Below, in pieces: positions 48,418 through 59,523 of a DNA stretch of 64,000 nt (its first letter is position 1; every line of letters begins with the position of its first letter). The notes under the pieces were generated by a model. It saw nothing but the letters and a program-made list of their open reading frames with translations, ran no database searches and was not told where the DNA came from. The stretch spans positions 992,001-1,056,000 of the forward strand of contig CAVOYH010000003.1 in NCBI GenBank assembly GCA_963700635.1, written 5' to 3'. The DNA comes from an uncultured Bacteroidota bacterium (GTDB taxonomy: Bacteria; Bacteroidota; Ignavibacteria; UBA10030; UBA6906). The position numbers and the translations under genes were made by a program.

Positions 48418-50124
48418 TCAACGGCCTTGCGCCTCGTGCATGCTGTTGAGCGCAGCCGCGACGGTAAACACCGGCGCGATGTCCACCGGAATGTCCTTCA
48501 ATCTGTCCAGGGCCTGCTGCATCGGCGGACGGATCACCGCATAGGTGTCGAGCAGCGTTTTGGCTTTTTGATAGTCCCCCTCGGCCTGGACCGTCATAAT
48601 CAATCCGGTCAGCTCACGCACCGCATGTTTGGCACGTTCAACATCCACGCGGAACGTCCCGTTGGTGCTGTCGTACGTAAATGCACCCGCATCCGTCAGG
48701 TAGTTGAACTGGAATGCCATTCCCCGTCCGTGTGACTCTTTGATGCCGAACCGGACGGAACGGAAGACGCCGGCGAGGAATGTGGCGTACATCTGTTCCT
48801 CCCCCGATTTCTCCAGTGTGCCCTTGTCCATGAGGTGTTGGAGCATAAAGAGCGCGGAGATATCTGCTTTGGCTTCCTCGAAGGCGGAGCTCAGTTCGCG
48901 CATGGCCTGCCGGACGGTGGTCTTTTTCCCGTCGACGGTGATGTTGTGGGGGCCGAGTCCGTGCATCAGCTCATGGGCAAGAATATGTGTGAAAAATGGT
49001 TCAAACGCGATGACATTTTTCTGTTCCGGGTCGAGAACCACTGCGGCGATGGGAGTCAGGATGTTCCGGAATTTAGCTTCCTGCACGTTCTTGAGCATCA
49101 CCCGTTTACTTCCCTTTTCGGCGACCACACGCTCATCATTGGGCAGGTTAAATGCGGCGGTCTGTACGCCCGCCCGGGCTTCGCCGCCAACCAGAAGCTC
49201 GTCGACCACCCGGATCGGCGCCATCCCTCCGAGTTGGGGATTGCGGAAGTGTGGTGCGATGGGAAGATTGTTTTCAATATCCTGCAGCAGGGAGGAAAAT
49301 TTCTCCAGCTTTGCTGTCTCCGCATCATTCCGCAGGGTGATGAAGGCCTCAAATGCCGCCTTGTAATTAAACAATTCATCCAGATACACCTCGTAGGGGC
49401 CGATGGTGATTTCGATCGGACTGTCAAGGTCCATCCATGCCACGTCACTCGTATAGTAGTCGTTGCTGAGAAAAGCATCCGCGCGTGAGAGCAGGAATGT
49501 GCGGAGTGAAACGTTGTCCGTAAGCCCCGCGGCTTCTCGTAAGAGCGCCGCCGCCCGGGTCAGCTCGGCGGAATACTCCTCATTGTACGGCACAACCTTG
49601 AGCGAGCGGTCGGCGTTGCGCCGGATCGTATAGAAGAATCCGGTGGCCTTGCGCTGTTCAACCTCGGGGAGTCCGGCAAGCCATGTCTGAAATTCCTCTT
49701 TCGTCATATCCTCGGGGTAGAAGTTCGCGCCCGGGGGACGGGGGGAAGGGACTCCCTCGATAAATGGCTCATGATGATCCAGCCCGGACCACGGACTCTG
49801 GTTGATGTGCCAGTATGCCAGACGGAGTTTTCCCAGCGGGGAAGTGTCGGATCCGAGCTCCTTGAGAAGGCGTTCGTTTCCGCTCCACACCTGACGGCGG
49901 TAGAGCGTATCCATGACACCCGCTGCAACCATAAGTTTTCCCAATGCGGCCTGGTCGCCCGGTGATAACCGTGAGACATCGCCGGTGATGGTCGCCGGAG
50001 TGAACCGTGCCGCTTTCTGTGCGAGGGAGTTCATTGCGTGTTCGTCATCCTTCTGTGACGTGCAGGACAAAACGAGTATGCCGGAAAGCAAAATACCGGC
50101 GAGATGGTGCAGGGTAGTCTTCAT
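48418..50124 (-). CDS. M49-like (dipeptidyl-peptidase III-related) metallopeptidase lipoprotein
   Basis: Lipobox LVLSC; NLPND, HELMHGLG, EEAKAD. Confidence 0.82.
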   Translation of the reverse strand: MKTTLHHLAGILLSGILVLSCTSQKDDEHAMNSLAQKAARFTPATITGDVSRLSPGDQAALGKLMVAAGVMDTLYRRQVWSGNERLLKELGSDTSPLGKLRLAYWHINQSPWSGLDHHEPFIEGVPSPRPPGANFYPEDMTKEEFQTWLAGLPEVEQRKATGFFYTIRRNADRSLKVVPYNEEYSAELTRAAALLREAAGLTDNVSLRTFLLSRADAFLSNDYYTSDVAWMDLDSPIEITIGPYEVYLDELFNYKAAFEAFITLRNDAETAKLEKFSSLLQDIENNLPIAPHFRNPQLGGMAPIRVVDELLVGGEARAGVQTAAFNLPNDERVVAEKGSKRVMLKNVQEAKFRNILTPIAAVVLDPEQKNVIAFEPFFTHILAHELMHGLGPHNITVDGKKTTVRQAMRELSSAFEEAKADISALFMLQHLMDKGTLEKSGEEQMYATFLAGVFRSVRFGIKESHGRGMAFQFNYLTDAGAFTYDSTNGTFRVDVERAKHAVRELTGLIMTVQAEGDYQKAKTLLDTYAVIRPPMQQALDRLKDIPVDIAPVFTVAAALNSMHEAQGR

Positions 50125-51314
50125 GCGTGTTCCCCGGTAGTTGATGATGATGAGTGGAGTTCTGTGTTGATCACACGCATAACTTCGGCGAGGGGGAGGT
50201 TCCGTTCACGTGCGATGCGCTTACATTCCTCAAATTCGGCGGTGATCACAGTCGTGCCGTCGCGTTCCACCGCTTTGACTGCGAGAGGGCCGAACGAGGA
50301 GGGGACGGAGAAGGTGTGTCGCACGAGTTTACGCCGGCCCACCGTCTGGATGCGGAGACCGATGGATGTTGTTTCACGGAAGATGAGATCCGTCACGGCA
50401 TCGAGATGGGCCCGGTCGGTGAGTACCGAGAGCAAAATTCCCGGGCGACCCTTCTTCATGATGACCGGAATCAGATATGCGTCATGTGCGCCCGCCTCCA
50501 GCAACTGCTCGATCAGGTGTGGATGGATCTGCGGGTTCATGTCGTCAATATTCGTTTCGACAACAATGGACTCATCCGTTTCATTCGGGATGGCGAGTGT
50601 CCCGGTGACCACCCTGAGAAGATTGGGGATTCCTGCGATTTCCCGGGTGCCTGCCCCATAGCCGACAGAGGTGATCTGAATGTGCTCGTCGGTAAGAACG
50701 CCGGAGGAAAGGGCTTTGATGATGGCTGCGCCTGTGGGTGTGGTAAGCTCCTCGGGGATCGAGGTAAAGACCGTGGGGTAATTGCGCAGGATTTCCACGG
50801 TGGCGGGTGCGGGTGTGGGCATCATGCCATGTTCCGTCCGGATAATGCCGCCGCTGCCAAGGCGCACCGGTGAGGAGTAGACCCGCTCGACGCCGAGCTG
50901 TTCCAGACAGATACATACTCCGACGATATCAACGATCGAATCGAGCGCTCCGACCTCATGGAAATGGATCCGTTCCACGGTTGTATTGTGGACTTTGGCT
51001 TCGGCGTGTGCCAGGACGGTGAAGATGCTGCTCACGCGGCCCCGGACCTGTTCCGACAACCCGCTGGCGTTCACGATTGCCAGGATATCTTTCAGATGCC
51101 GGTGATACTGAGGTTGTTGCGTCACGACAACGTCGATGTGCACGGCGTCAATCGCACTCCGCTGTACATGCTGCGCGGTGAGTTCGAAACCACCGAGGTT
51201 CAGTTTTTGCAGCTCCGCCGTCAGATCGTCGAGAGAAACCCCGGCCGAAACCAGAGCGGCCATGCTCATATCGCCGGCGATTCCGGCGATGGTGTCAAAG
51301 TAGGCTATGGTCAT
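50121..51314 (-). CDS. larC: Nickel pincer cofactor biosynthesis protein LarC
   Basis: GIAGDM, HFHEVGALDSIVD, ELTTPTGAA, ETNIDD, MKKGRPG. Confidence 0.92.
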   Translation of the reverse strand: MTIAYFDTIAGIAGDMSMAALVSAGVSLDDLTAELQKLNLGGFELTAQHVQRSAIDAVHIDVVVTQQPQYHRHLKDILAIVNASGLSEQVRGRVSSIFTVLAHAEAKVHNTTVERIHFHEVGALDSIVDIVGVCICLEQLGVERVYSSPVRLGSGGIIRTEHGMMPTPAPATVEILRNYPTVFTSIPEELTTPTGAAIIKALSSGVLTDEHIQITSVGYGAGTREIAGIPNLLRVVTGTLAIPNETDESIVVETNIDDMNPQIHPHLIEQLLEAGAHDAYLIPVIMKKGRPGILLSVLTDRAHLDAVTDLIFRETTSIGLRIQTVGRRKLVRHTFSVPSSFGPLAVKAVERDGTTVITAEFEECKRIARERNLPLAEVMRVINTELHSSSSTTGEHA

Positions 51315-52615
51315 GAGGAGGTACCGTTCCCGATCCGTGTGATGAAAGGCTCAACAAATTCCAGAATACGTCCGGTTGCGCCGAGGTTGGCCCGTACAAA
51401 GGCCGAAGCCCGTTCGCCTGCCGTGGTCCGTGCCGCATCATCCTGCAGGAGGTTCATGGTGGTGCGCACGAGTTCCCCGGCGTCGGAGACCACGAAGGCC
51501 CCGCCCCGTTCAACAAGCATCAGCGGTTCATGCGAGCCCCTGTGGCGGGGCCCGAAAAGGACGGGAATGCCGTACACTGCCGCCTCGAGAACATTATGAA
51601 TACCCTGCCGGAAACTCCCTCCGACATACGCAATGTGCGCGCAGGCATAAAGCACGAGCAGGACCCCGATGCTGTCAACAATGATCACGCCTTCGCCATC
51701 ATATTCATTCAATGCCGAAAAGCGGATGGACCCGACCTGGCCTGCAAGCTCGCCTTCAATGTCTTCAATATGCTTGAGTGTCGGTTCATGGGGAACCAGG
51801 ATCAGCAGCAGTTCCGGCACTGAAGACCGGAGTTCAAGAAAGGCAGGAAGCAGAACCTGCTCATCTTCGGGCCACGTACTGCCGGCAACAAGAATTTTCT
51901 TTCCCTTCAGCACGGCCGGAGAAATGATGCTCCTTTTGCGGGCGTCGGCGCTCCTGATAGCCACCTGATCATACCGTGTGTCGCCGATGGCCTCCACATG
52001 CGCGCGCCGGAGCGAAAACACGCTGAAGGCATCCACATCGCTTTGTGCCACCGTAAGAATGGTATTTATACTATCATAAATGGTGTTGTGGAGCGATCGG
52101 ATCAGAGGAAGACGGCGTAATGTGTGTCTGCTCATCGTGGCATTGGCGATGATCACGGGGATGGAGCGTCGGCGGAGTTCCCAGATATGGTTCGGCCAGA
52201 TATCATACCGTACCATCACGGACAGGTCCGGGCGCGCGAGATCAAGGAATCGCCGTGCGCCACGCCGTGAATCGAAGGGGATGTAGGTAATGATATCCGC
52301 CAGCGGATATGTACGCGAATGTTCGTATCCCGACGGCGAAAAGAAGGTAACGATGACGCGCGTCCCGGGGAAACGTTCCTTCAGGGCGGCGATGATCGGC
52401 TTGGCCTGTTCAAATTCCCCCATGGACGAAGAGTGGAACCACACGCGTGGCCCCGGCTGCAGGAGATCGATATCCCGCTCAAGCCGGTCGAACAGGCCAT
52501 CGCGTCCCCGGATGCCGCGCCGGACTTTGGTATTGACCGTACCCAGAAGACGCAGTGCGGCCCAGAAGAGCGGGATGAAGAGACCATTATAGAGTATCAT
52601 CCAGAGAGTGCGCAT
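51311..52615 (-). CDS. waaA: 3-deoxy-D-manno-octulosonic acid (Kdo) transferase
   Basis: WFHSSSMGE, TFFSPSG, GDTRYD, AGSTW, HNVLEAA. Confidence 0.9.
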   Translation of the reverse strand: MRTLWMILYNGLFIPLFWAALRLLGTVNTKVRRGIRGRDGLFDRLERDIDLLQPGPRVWFHSSSMGEFEQAKPIIAALKERFPGTRVIVTFFSPSGYEHSRTYPLADIITYIPFDSRRGARRFLDLARPDLSVMVRYDIWPNHIWELRRRSIPVIIANATMSRHTLRRLPLIRSLHNTIYDSINTILTVAQSDVDAFSVFSLRRAHVEAIGDTRYDQVAIRSADARKRSIISPAVLKGKKILVAGSTWPEDEQVLLPAFLELRSSVPELLLILVPHEPTLKHIEDIEGELAGQVGSIRFSALNEYDGEGVIIVDSIGVLLVLYACAHIAYVGGSFRQGIHNVLEAAVYGIPVLFGPRHRGSHEPLMLVERGGAFVVSDAGELVRTTMNLLQDDAARTTAGERASAFVRANLGATGRILEFVEPFITRIGNGTSS

Positions 52616-52622
52616 ACAATGC

Positions 52623-53681
52623 TCAGTTCCGGTCCAGGAGGAGGCGTGCTGCAGTGACGACATCTGATTCACGAATATCCTGCATACATCGGAAATGTCC
52701 GCGCGGACAGGACGCCTGTCCGATAGCGGTGCAGGGCCGGCACGGGAGTCCGGGGTGCTCTACCACCCGGGCCTCCTTTCCGGCGGGAAAAAAACCGAAT
52801 TGACGAACGGTTGGCCCGAATACCGCAACCACCGGCCGTCTCCGGGCTGATGCAAGATGCATTAATCCGGTGTCATTGGAGAGGACGACCGCACAACGAT
52901 CCATTGCTGCCGCCGTTTCCAGAAGCGAAAGCGTTCCCGCGCAATTGTACACCGGTGTGCCCGGTAAAACCTTCTTGATCTGTGAACCGATCATTGCGCA
53001 CCGCTCGTGTTCAGCGGCAGATCCGAACAGAAGGATGGGCAAACCGTATGTGCGGGCCAGCGTTGCGGCGGCGGAGGCAAATCGTTCCGGCAGCCACATT
53101 TTAGTCGCGTGCCGCGCTGAAGGGCAGAGCCCCAGCAGCCGGGCGCCCGGAGGTATATCCGCAGACTTCAGCACCTGGCCAAGTGATGTTTGAGCGGCAT
53201 CCGGAACAAAAATTTCAACCCCCAATCCGTCATTGACAATGCCAAGTGTGCGTACCGGCTCCAGATACCGTTCGGTGATTGGAGGGGCCCCTCCGGTCCA
53301 TTTGAATATGTCAGTCTTGCCGTGTATCAACACAAAACGGGCGAGCCGTCGTTTGCGGTACCGGAGGACGGGGGTGGGGCCACAGCACAGCACGCGGCTC
53401 CGGATGCTGTCGTGCATGTCAAGAATCACATCATACCGGGATGCCTGAATCTGCGTGCGGATTCGCCGCAGATCTGCAGAGGTGCCGCCGGTTGGAAACA
53501 GCAGCGTCTGCGAAAGATGCGGATTGTGCCGGACGAGGTCGGCGTATTCCTCTTTGACCAGGAAGTCGATGCGGCTGTGCGGATACCGGGCACGCAGCGT
53601 GCGAATGAGCGGTGACGTGAGGATGATATCGCCGACGGAACTAAACCGGATGATTAATGTTGTAGTCAGTATGCGATCCAT
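52623..53681 (-). CDS. GT9 LPS heptosyltransferase (WaaF-like)
   Basis: IRFSSVGD, NDTGLMH, FGPT, CRPC. Confidence 0.9.
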   Translation of the reverse strand: MDRILTTTLIIRFSSVGDIILTSPLIRTLRARYPHSRIDFLVKEEYADLVRHNPHLSQTLLFPTGGTSADLRRIRTQIQASRYDVILDMHDSIRSRVLCCGPTPVLRYRKRRLARFVLIHGKTDIFKWTGGAPPITERYLEPVRTLGIVNDGLGVEIFVPDAAQTSLGQVLKSADIPPGARLLGLCPSARHATKMWLPERFASAAATLARTYGLPILLFGSAAEHERCAMIGSQIKKVLPGTPVYNCAGTLSLLETAAAMDRCAVVLSNDTGLMHLASARRRPVVAVFGPTVRQFGFFPAGKEARVVEHPGLPCRPCTAIGQASCPRGHFRCMQDIRESDVVTAARLLLDRN

Positions 53682-53723
53682 GCCGGCTTTTGACAATTGT
53701 ACCACTTTTCTGCAGCAATTGCA

Positions 53724-55283
53724 ATGAACCCACGCGCACAGGCACCACCCATCGGTATCCGGAAAGAACCCCGGCTGGCTCCCACTCTGGGAGAACTCCG
53801 GGAAAGCGGGTACCAGGTAAGACCGGTTCGGGATGAACTCCGGGAAAACCTCATCATCCGCCTCCATTCCGGCACACCTCTCTTTCCGGACATCATCGGC
53901 TACGACCACACCGTGATTCCGGCACTGATCAACGCCATCCTGGCAAAACACGATATTATTCTTCTGGGGCTCAGGGGACAGGCGAAGTCCCGGATTGCGA
54001 GGCAGTTGTACACGCTGCTGGACGAATATGTGCCCGTGATCAGGGGCAGCGAGATCAACGATAACCCGTTCGCACCCGTCAGCAAATACGCGGTTGATCT
54101 GGTTGCCGGCATGGCGGATCAAACCCCGATTGAGTGGCTCCACAGGAGCCAGCGATACGGCGAAAAACTGGCCACCCCGGACGTGACGATCGCTGATCTT
54201 ATCGGCGATATCGACCCGATCAAAGCGGCAGCCCAGCGATTACACTATGCCCATGAAGGGGCAATACACTTTGGCATCGTCCCTCGCACGAACCGGGGGA
54301 TTTTTGCGATTAACGAACTGCCCGATCTCCAACCGCGGATCCAGGTTGGCCTCTTTAACATCCTTGAAGAAAAGGACATCCAGATCCGCGGATTCAACGT
54401 CCGTATCCCGCTTGACGTCGTCCTTGTGTTTACGGCGAATCCTGAAGACTATACAAACAGGGGAAACATTATCACGCCCCTGAAAGACCGTATCGACTCC
54501 CAGATCCTGACTCACTATCCACGATCGATGGATGATGCGATCCGGATCACGGAACAGGAAGCACATATCTCGCGTGATGGAAGGGAAATCCGTATTCCCC
54601 GATTTTTCAAGGAGATTATCGAACAGATTGCATTCGAAGCGCGCAAGAGCGAGTATGTGGATCAGAAATCGGGCGTGAGCGCACGGTTGACCATCGCTGC
54701 CATGGAGAATCTTGTCAGCAATGCCGAACGTCGCGCCATCCTGCGCGGGGAATCCGTGGCGATTCCGCGGATGTGCGATCTCCCCCATGTGCTCCCGGGT
54801 CTCACCGGAAAAATCGAACTGGTCTTTGAAGGTGAACAGGAAGGAAGCGTAAAAGTCGGGAAGGCGCTCGTCGGGAAAGCTGTGCGCGAGGTGTTCAAAC
54901 AGTATTTCCCCGATCCTCTTCGCAAGCGCGTGCGCAAAACACCGGACAAGGACCCTGCGCGCCAGCACGAGGAAGTGAACGAGTTTACAGAGATTGTCGG
55001 CTGGTTCGAGGCCGGGAACAGAATTGAAGTGGGCGACGATATGCCTTCCGCAGAATACCGCCGCACTCTTGAACGGGTGAAGGGTCTGCGTGAGTTCGTC
55101 CGGCGACATATGCCGGACCTGAATCCGGAGTACGAAATGCCTGTGGTGATGGAGTTCGTGCTCGACGGGATGCACCAGAATTCCAGGATTGCCAAAGACG
55201 AAAAAGACCACACCACGGCCTATAAAGACATGGTGGGGAGTATCTTCTCGGTGCATAACAGCATGCGGGAGGAGGAGGAATAA
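53724..55283 (+). CDS. Mg-chelatase/MoxR-like AAA+ ATPase
   Basis: GLRGQAKS, INELPDL, TANPEDY. Confidence 0.85.
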   Translation: MNPRAQAPPIGIRKEPRLAPTLGELRESGYQVRPVRDELRENLIIRLHSGTPLFPDIIGYDHTVIPALINAILAKHDIILLGLRGQAKSRIARQLYTLLDEYVPVIRGSEINDNPFAPVSKYAVDLVAGMADQTPIEWLHRSQRYGEKLATPDVTIADLIGDIDPIKAAAQRLHYAHEGAIHFGIVPRTNRGIFAINELPDLQPRIQVGLFNILEEKDIQIRGFNVRIPLDVVLVFTANPEDYTNRGNIITPLKDRIDSQILTHYPRSMDDAIRITEQEAHISRDGREIRIPRFFKEIIEQIAFEARKSEYVDQKSGVSARLTIAAMENLVSNAERRAILRGESVAIPRMCDLPHVLPGLTGKIELVFEGEQEGSVKVGKALVGKAVREVFKQYFPDPLRKRVRKTPDKDPARQHEEVNEFTEIVGWFEAGNRIEVGDDMPSAEYRRTLERVKGLREFVRRHMPDLNPEYEMPVVMEFVLDGMHQNSRIAKDEKDHTTAYKDMVGSIFSVHNSMREEEE

Positions 55284-55288
55284 CGGCG

Positions 55289-56386
55289 ATGCGATTCCGG
55301 TACAGTGTGTGGCGTCCTGAATCGGCCACGGACGAACAACGTCTCAAGCAACTGATCTCACTCTTCAACGCCCTCGCCACACATACCAGTGGCGATGTGG
55401 AAGAAGCCCTGCAATGGCTCAAACAGCTCGGGGAAGAATATGGCCTGTTCGACGAGGAGATGACCCTTGAGGATCTCATCAACAAACTCCGCGAGATGGG
55501 ATTGATCGAGGACGCACCGACGGGAATCGAACTCACATCTACAGGGATACGGCGCATCCGGCAGGACGCCCTGAACGAAATTTTTAGCTCGCTGAAGAAA
55601 GACACCCTCGGATCCCACGAATCACCGTTTACCGGAAAGGGTGTAGACCGGCTCGGCGAAACACGGAAGTTCACATTCGGCGACCAGCCCACCAATATCG
55701 ATCTGACGTCCACCCTCACCAACGCCTTCCGGCGCGACGGCATTGATGATTTTACCCTGAAAGAAGATGACTTCGAGGTCTACGAGACCGAACATCAGAC
55801 CAGCTGCGCGACGGTGCTGATGATCGATATCAGCCACAGTATGATCCTCTACGGCGAGGACCGTATTACACCTGCCAAGCAGGTGGCTCTTGCGCTTTCC
55901 GAACTGATCATGACCCGGTTTCCAAAGGACTATCTCGCCCTCGTCAGTTTCGGGGACGACGCACAACTCTTGAGCGTGAACGAGCTGCCGTTTCTCACGG
56001 TCGGTCCATTTCACACAAACACGCGCGCGGGTTTGCAGCTGGCCCGCAATCTCCTCCGGCGGCGGGGGAATGTGAACAAACAGATTTTTATGGTGACGGA
56101 TGGAAAGCCCTCCGCCATCACATTACCCTCAGGAAAAGTCTACAAGAACGCGTTCGGGTTGGATCCGCGGGTGGTCAACAAGACGCTGGATGAAGCCGTC
56201 GCGTGCAGGAGGGAGAGAATCCCCATCACCACCTTCATGGTCGCACGGGATCCCTATCTCATCAACTTTGTGGAAGAGCTGACGCAGGCAAACCAGGGCC
56301 GGGCATACTACTCCAACCTTGGCAACCTGGGCGAGATGGTGTTTGTGGATTACATCCGCAACAGAAGGAAAAAATTCGCAAGCTAG
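55289..56386 (+). CDS. VWA domain protein, partner of the AAA+ ATPase
   Basis: DISHSM MIDAS motif, TN, VTDGKP. Confidence 0.88.
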   Translation: MRFRYSVWRPESATDEQRLKQLISLFNALATHTSGDVEEALQWLKQLGEEYGLFDEEMTLEDLINKLREMGLIEDAPTGIELTSTGIRRIRQDALNEIFSSLKKDTLGSHESPFTGKGVDRLGETRKFTFGDQPTNIDLTSTLTNAFRRDGIDDFTLKEDDFEVYETEHQTSCATVLMIDISHSMILYGEDRITPAKQVALALSELIMTRFPKDYLALVSFGDDAQLLSVNELPFLTVGPFHTNTRAGLQLARNLLRRRGNVNKQIFMVTDGKPSAITLPSGKVYKNAFGLDPRVVNKTLDEAVACRRERIPITTFMVARDPYLINFVEELTQANQGRAYYSNLGNLGEMVFVDYIRNRRKKFAS

Positions 56387-56487
56387 TTGCCCCGTGTGAT
56401 GTTTTCCCCTCTTCCCCCCCCTCATCCAGTCGAGAGACCAGCGCCGCGGAACTTGAATATCAGAGGGAATTTCCGCAATTTACTGCC

Positions 56488-57240
56488 ATGCTCCTCGTTA
56501 TTCCTGCAGTCGACATAAAAGGCGGCCGCTCTGTCCAGATGGTGCAGGGCGTGGAAGGGTTTGCGTATTCCGACGATCCTGTTGAAATGGCACGCCTGTG
56601 CCGGCTCGAAAACGCCAAGGCGCTGCACGTAACGGATATCGACGGCGCGAGAGAAGGGCGTCTGATCAATATTGAAACCATCAAACGTATGGTAGAGCGT
56701 GTGGATATCCCCATTGCGCTCGGTGGCGGATTACGGACCGTCGATGAGGTCAAAAAGGCGTTTGACCTGGGTGTGTACCGCGTGAGGGTCGGGACGATGC
56801 TCATCGAGCATCCGGAGGAAGCAAAACAGCTGATCGACCTCTATGGGCCCAGCAAGGTCATCCTCGGTATCGACGCAATGGACGGCATTGTCGCGACGAA
56901 CGGGTGGGTGGAATCGTCCGGATTGACAGCCATGACGGTGGCATTAAATGCCAGAGCGCTCGGATTCACACGGATGGTGTATACCGATATCCGTTTGGAC
57001 GGCACGCTGCGCGGTGTAGATCTTCCCGCGCTGTGTTCGCTGGCGAAAAAGTCCGGACTGCGCATTACCGCATCCGGTGGTGTGGGTGGTCTTGAAGATC
57101 TGCTGAAGATCCAGGAGCTCGAGCCGTGCGGCGTGGATTCTGTGGTCATCGGCCGGGCATTGTATCAGAATAAATTCTCCTGCCAGGCGCTCTGGCGAAT
57201 GTGCGAGGCACGCGATTACCCGTACACAGCAAAGGTCTGA
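56488..57240 (+). CDS. hisA: ProFAR isomerase
   Basis: IPAVDIKGG, GGGLR, TDIRLDGTLRG, ASGGV. Confidence 0.88.
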   Translation: MLLVIPAVDIKGGRSVQMVQGVEGFAYSDDPVEMARLCRLENAKALHVTDIDGAREGRLINIETIKRMVERVDIPIALGGGLRTVDEVKKAFDLGVYRVRVGTMLIEHPEEAKQLIDLYGPSKVILGIDAMDGIVATNGWVESSGLTAMTVALNARALGFTRMVYTDIRLDGTLRGVDLPALCSLAKKSGLRITASGGVGGLEDLLKIQELEPCGVDSVVIGRALYQNKFSCQALWRMCEARDYPYTAKV

Positions 57241-57241
57241 C

Positions 57242-57700
57242 ATGAAAAAAGTAGCCATTCTTCTGGGCAGTACCTCCGATGAAGAGGTGATGAAAGGGTG
57301 CACCGAGTACCTGACAAAGTTTGGTATTCCGTACGACCTTAAGATTTCTTCGGCGCACAGGCAGCCGGAGGCAACCGCGGCATTTGTCAAGGATGCAGAG
57401 CGGAACGGATATGGGATCATCATTGCCGCCGCCGGGATGGCGGCACATCTGCCGGGGGTTGCTGCGGCATATACGACGCTGCCTGTGATCGGCGTCCCGC
57501 TTGCCGGATCTGAATTACGCGGTGTGGATGCATTGTATTCCATCGTACAAATGCCGGCTGGAATCCCCGTTGCGACAGTGGCCATTGGGTCCGCGGGGGC
57601 AAAAAACGCGGCGGTTCTGGCCGCGCAGATTCTTGCCCTTTCCGATTCCGCTCTTGGTGACAAGGTGCGCGAATTCCGCGCAAAAGGCGCAAAGTTCTGA
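57242..57700 (+). CDS. purE: N5-CAIR mutase
   Basis: GSTSD, SAHR, AGMAAHLPG, PVIGVP. Confidence 0.96.
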   Translation: MKKVAILLGSTSDEEVMKGCTEYLTKFGIPYDLKISSAHRQPEATAAFVKDAERNGYGIIIAAAGMAAHLPGVAAAYTTLPVIGVPLAGSELRGVDALYSIVQMPAGIPVATVAIGSAGAKNAAVLAAQILALSDSALGDKVREFRAKGAKF

Positions 57701-57701
57701 C

Positions 57702-58568
57702 ATGAAACTGCTTCTTCTCGGCCACCTCTCACTTGATGTCCTGCATACCCCCGACGGCAATGAACACGAAGAAGGGGGAGGCCTCTTTCGCGCTCTCGCC
57801 ACACTCTCCGCCGGAGCTGAAAAAAACGACAGGTTTTTCCCGGTTGCGAGCGTGGGAAAAAAGGAAGCACCTTCGATCCGCGAACGTCTTGCCGCACTCT
57901 CCGGGGTTGAAACCGATGGTATCTTTGTCAATGATACACCCGTCCATCGTGTTCATTACTACTTCCGCAATACTGAGGATTTTGTTGAGTGTGCGAAGGA
58001 GCTTGCCCCGCCGATTCCGTTTACCAGGATCCGGCCGCATCTGCATGTGGATGGAATCCTGATTAATATGATCTCGGGGGTTGATATCACGCTCGACACG
58101 CTCGATGAGATTCGTATGGCGGTCCGGGGCGAAACAATCCCGATCCATCTGGATTTCCATTCGCTTACGCTCGGCGTTAATGACCGGCACGAACGGTTCC
58201 GTCGGCCGCTTCCTGATTGGCGCCGGTGGGCGTTTATGATCGATACGATCCAGATGAATGAGGAAGAAGTGGCGGGGCTTTCAGAAGAGGTGATGACGGA
58301 ACAGCAAAGGGTCGGCCACATGCTGACGCTGGGTGTAAAAGGTGTGATTGTGACCCGAGGCAGACGCGGAGCTTCCGTGTATGTCAACAAACTCAAAAAA
58401 GTGGTTCGGACAGACATCCCGGGCGCGGAAAACGGCAGCCCCGTGTCGCATGTCGGCAGGGGCGATGTGTTCGGCGCGGCATTCCTCTACCACTCTATAA
58501 GAAACCACGATCTTGTTGCTGCAGCACACTATGCTCACACGGTGGCTGCGGCCCCGGGAACAACGTAA
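57702..58568 (+). CDS. PfkB-family carbohydrate kinase
   Basis: MNEEE, VTRGRRGA, VGRGDVFGAAF. Confidence 0.8.
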   Translation: MKLLLLGHLSLDVLHTPDGNEHEEGGGLFRALATLSAGAEKNDRFFPVASVGKKEAPSIRERLAALSGVETDGIFVNDTPVHRVHYYFRNTEDFVECAKELAPPIPFTRIRPHLHVDGILINMISGVDITLDTLDEIRMAVRGETIPIHLDFHSLTLGVNDRHERFRRPLPDWRRWAFMIDTIQMNEEEVAGLSEEVMTEQQRVGHMLTLGVKGVIVTRGRRGASVYVNKLKKVVRTDIPGAENGSPVSHVGRGDVFGAAFLYHSIRNHDLVAAAHYAHTVAAAPGTT

Positions 58569-58574
58569 CCGCTC

Positions 58575-59489
58575 ATGGAAATTGAACGTATTCTCGTCGT
58601 TGGCAGCAACGGGCTCCTCGGCCAGAAGGTGGCTGAACAACTCGTCCGGGGCTCGAACTACCACGTCACGCTGGTTTCGATCGAAGACAATCCTGTGCGG
58701 ACCATTGCCGCGGCTCCCTATATCGCCGTGGATATGACCAACCGCAAGCAGGTGCGGGATGTTGCAGGCGCGGTGAATGCCGAAGTGATCATCAATTGCG
58801 CAGCAATGACCAACGTGGACGCATGCGAGACCGAACGGGAGATGGCATGGAAGGTCAACGTGGGAGGTGTCGAGCATCTGGTCGAGGCGGCGCGTAAAAA
58901 CAACGCAATGATCCTTCATGTATCAAGTGATTATGTTTTTGATGGCAAAGCCGGACCGTACAGTGAGGACGATCGTCCGGAACCGCTGAGCTACTACGGG
59001 AAGTCCAAACTGGCCAGCGAGAATATTGTCCGGACTTCCGGGCTGCGGTACTTCATTGCACGGACGATGGTGCTGTACGGACATGCAGAAGGCGTCAAAG
59101 ACAATTTTGCATTGTGGCTGATCAAGAGCCTTACGGATGGGAAGACCGTCCGGGTTGTGGACGATCAGATCGGTAATCCGACGCTGGTTGACGATCTTGC
59201 CTTTGGCATGGTGCGGGCGATGGAGCTCGGGAAAACGGGCCTGTATCACCTGGCCGGGCTCGACATCCAGAGCCGGTATGAATTTGCCACGATTCTTGCG
59301 CGTGTCTTCGGTCTGAATGGAAAATTGATCCATCCGATAAAAACTTCCCAACTCAAGCAACCGGCGGCACGCCCGCTCAACTCGGGATTGCTCACACTCA
59401 AGGCGGAGGTGGACCTCGGGTTTAAGGCATCATCGGCCGAGCAAGGGTTGACCGTTCTAAAAACACAGCTTGCCAGGGCCGCGCGGTGA
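58575..59489 (+). CDS. rfbD: dTDP-4-dehydrorhamnose reductase
   Basis: GSNGLLG, TNVDACE, SSDYVFDG, YGKSK. Confidence 0.9.
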   Translation: MEIERILVVGSNGLLGQKVAEQLVRGSNYHVTLVSIEDNPVRTIAAAPYIAVDMTNRKQVRDVAGAVNAEVIINCAAMTNVDACETEREMAWKVNVGGVEHLVEAARKNNAMILHVSSDYVFDGKAGPYSEDDRPEPLSYYGKSKLASENIVRTSGLRYFIARTMVLYGHAEGVKDNFALWLIKSLTDGKTVRVVDDQIGNPTLVDDLAFGMVRAMELGKTGLYHLAGLDIQSRYEFATILARVFGLNGKLIHPIKTSQLKQPAARPLNSGLLTLKAEVDLGFKASSAEQGLTVLKTQLARAAR

Positions 59490-59523
59490 ACGTGTACTCT
59501 CGCACACCGGAAAGTATCATGTT

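Noticed and set aside
50121-51314. larC as a lactate racemase cluster
   Set aside because: No larA, larB or larE in the window; dispersed larC is common
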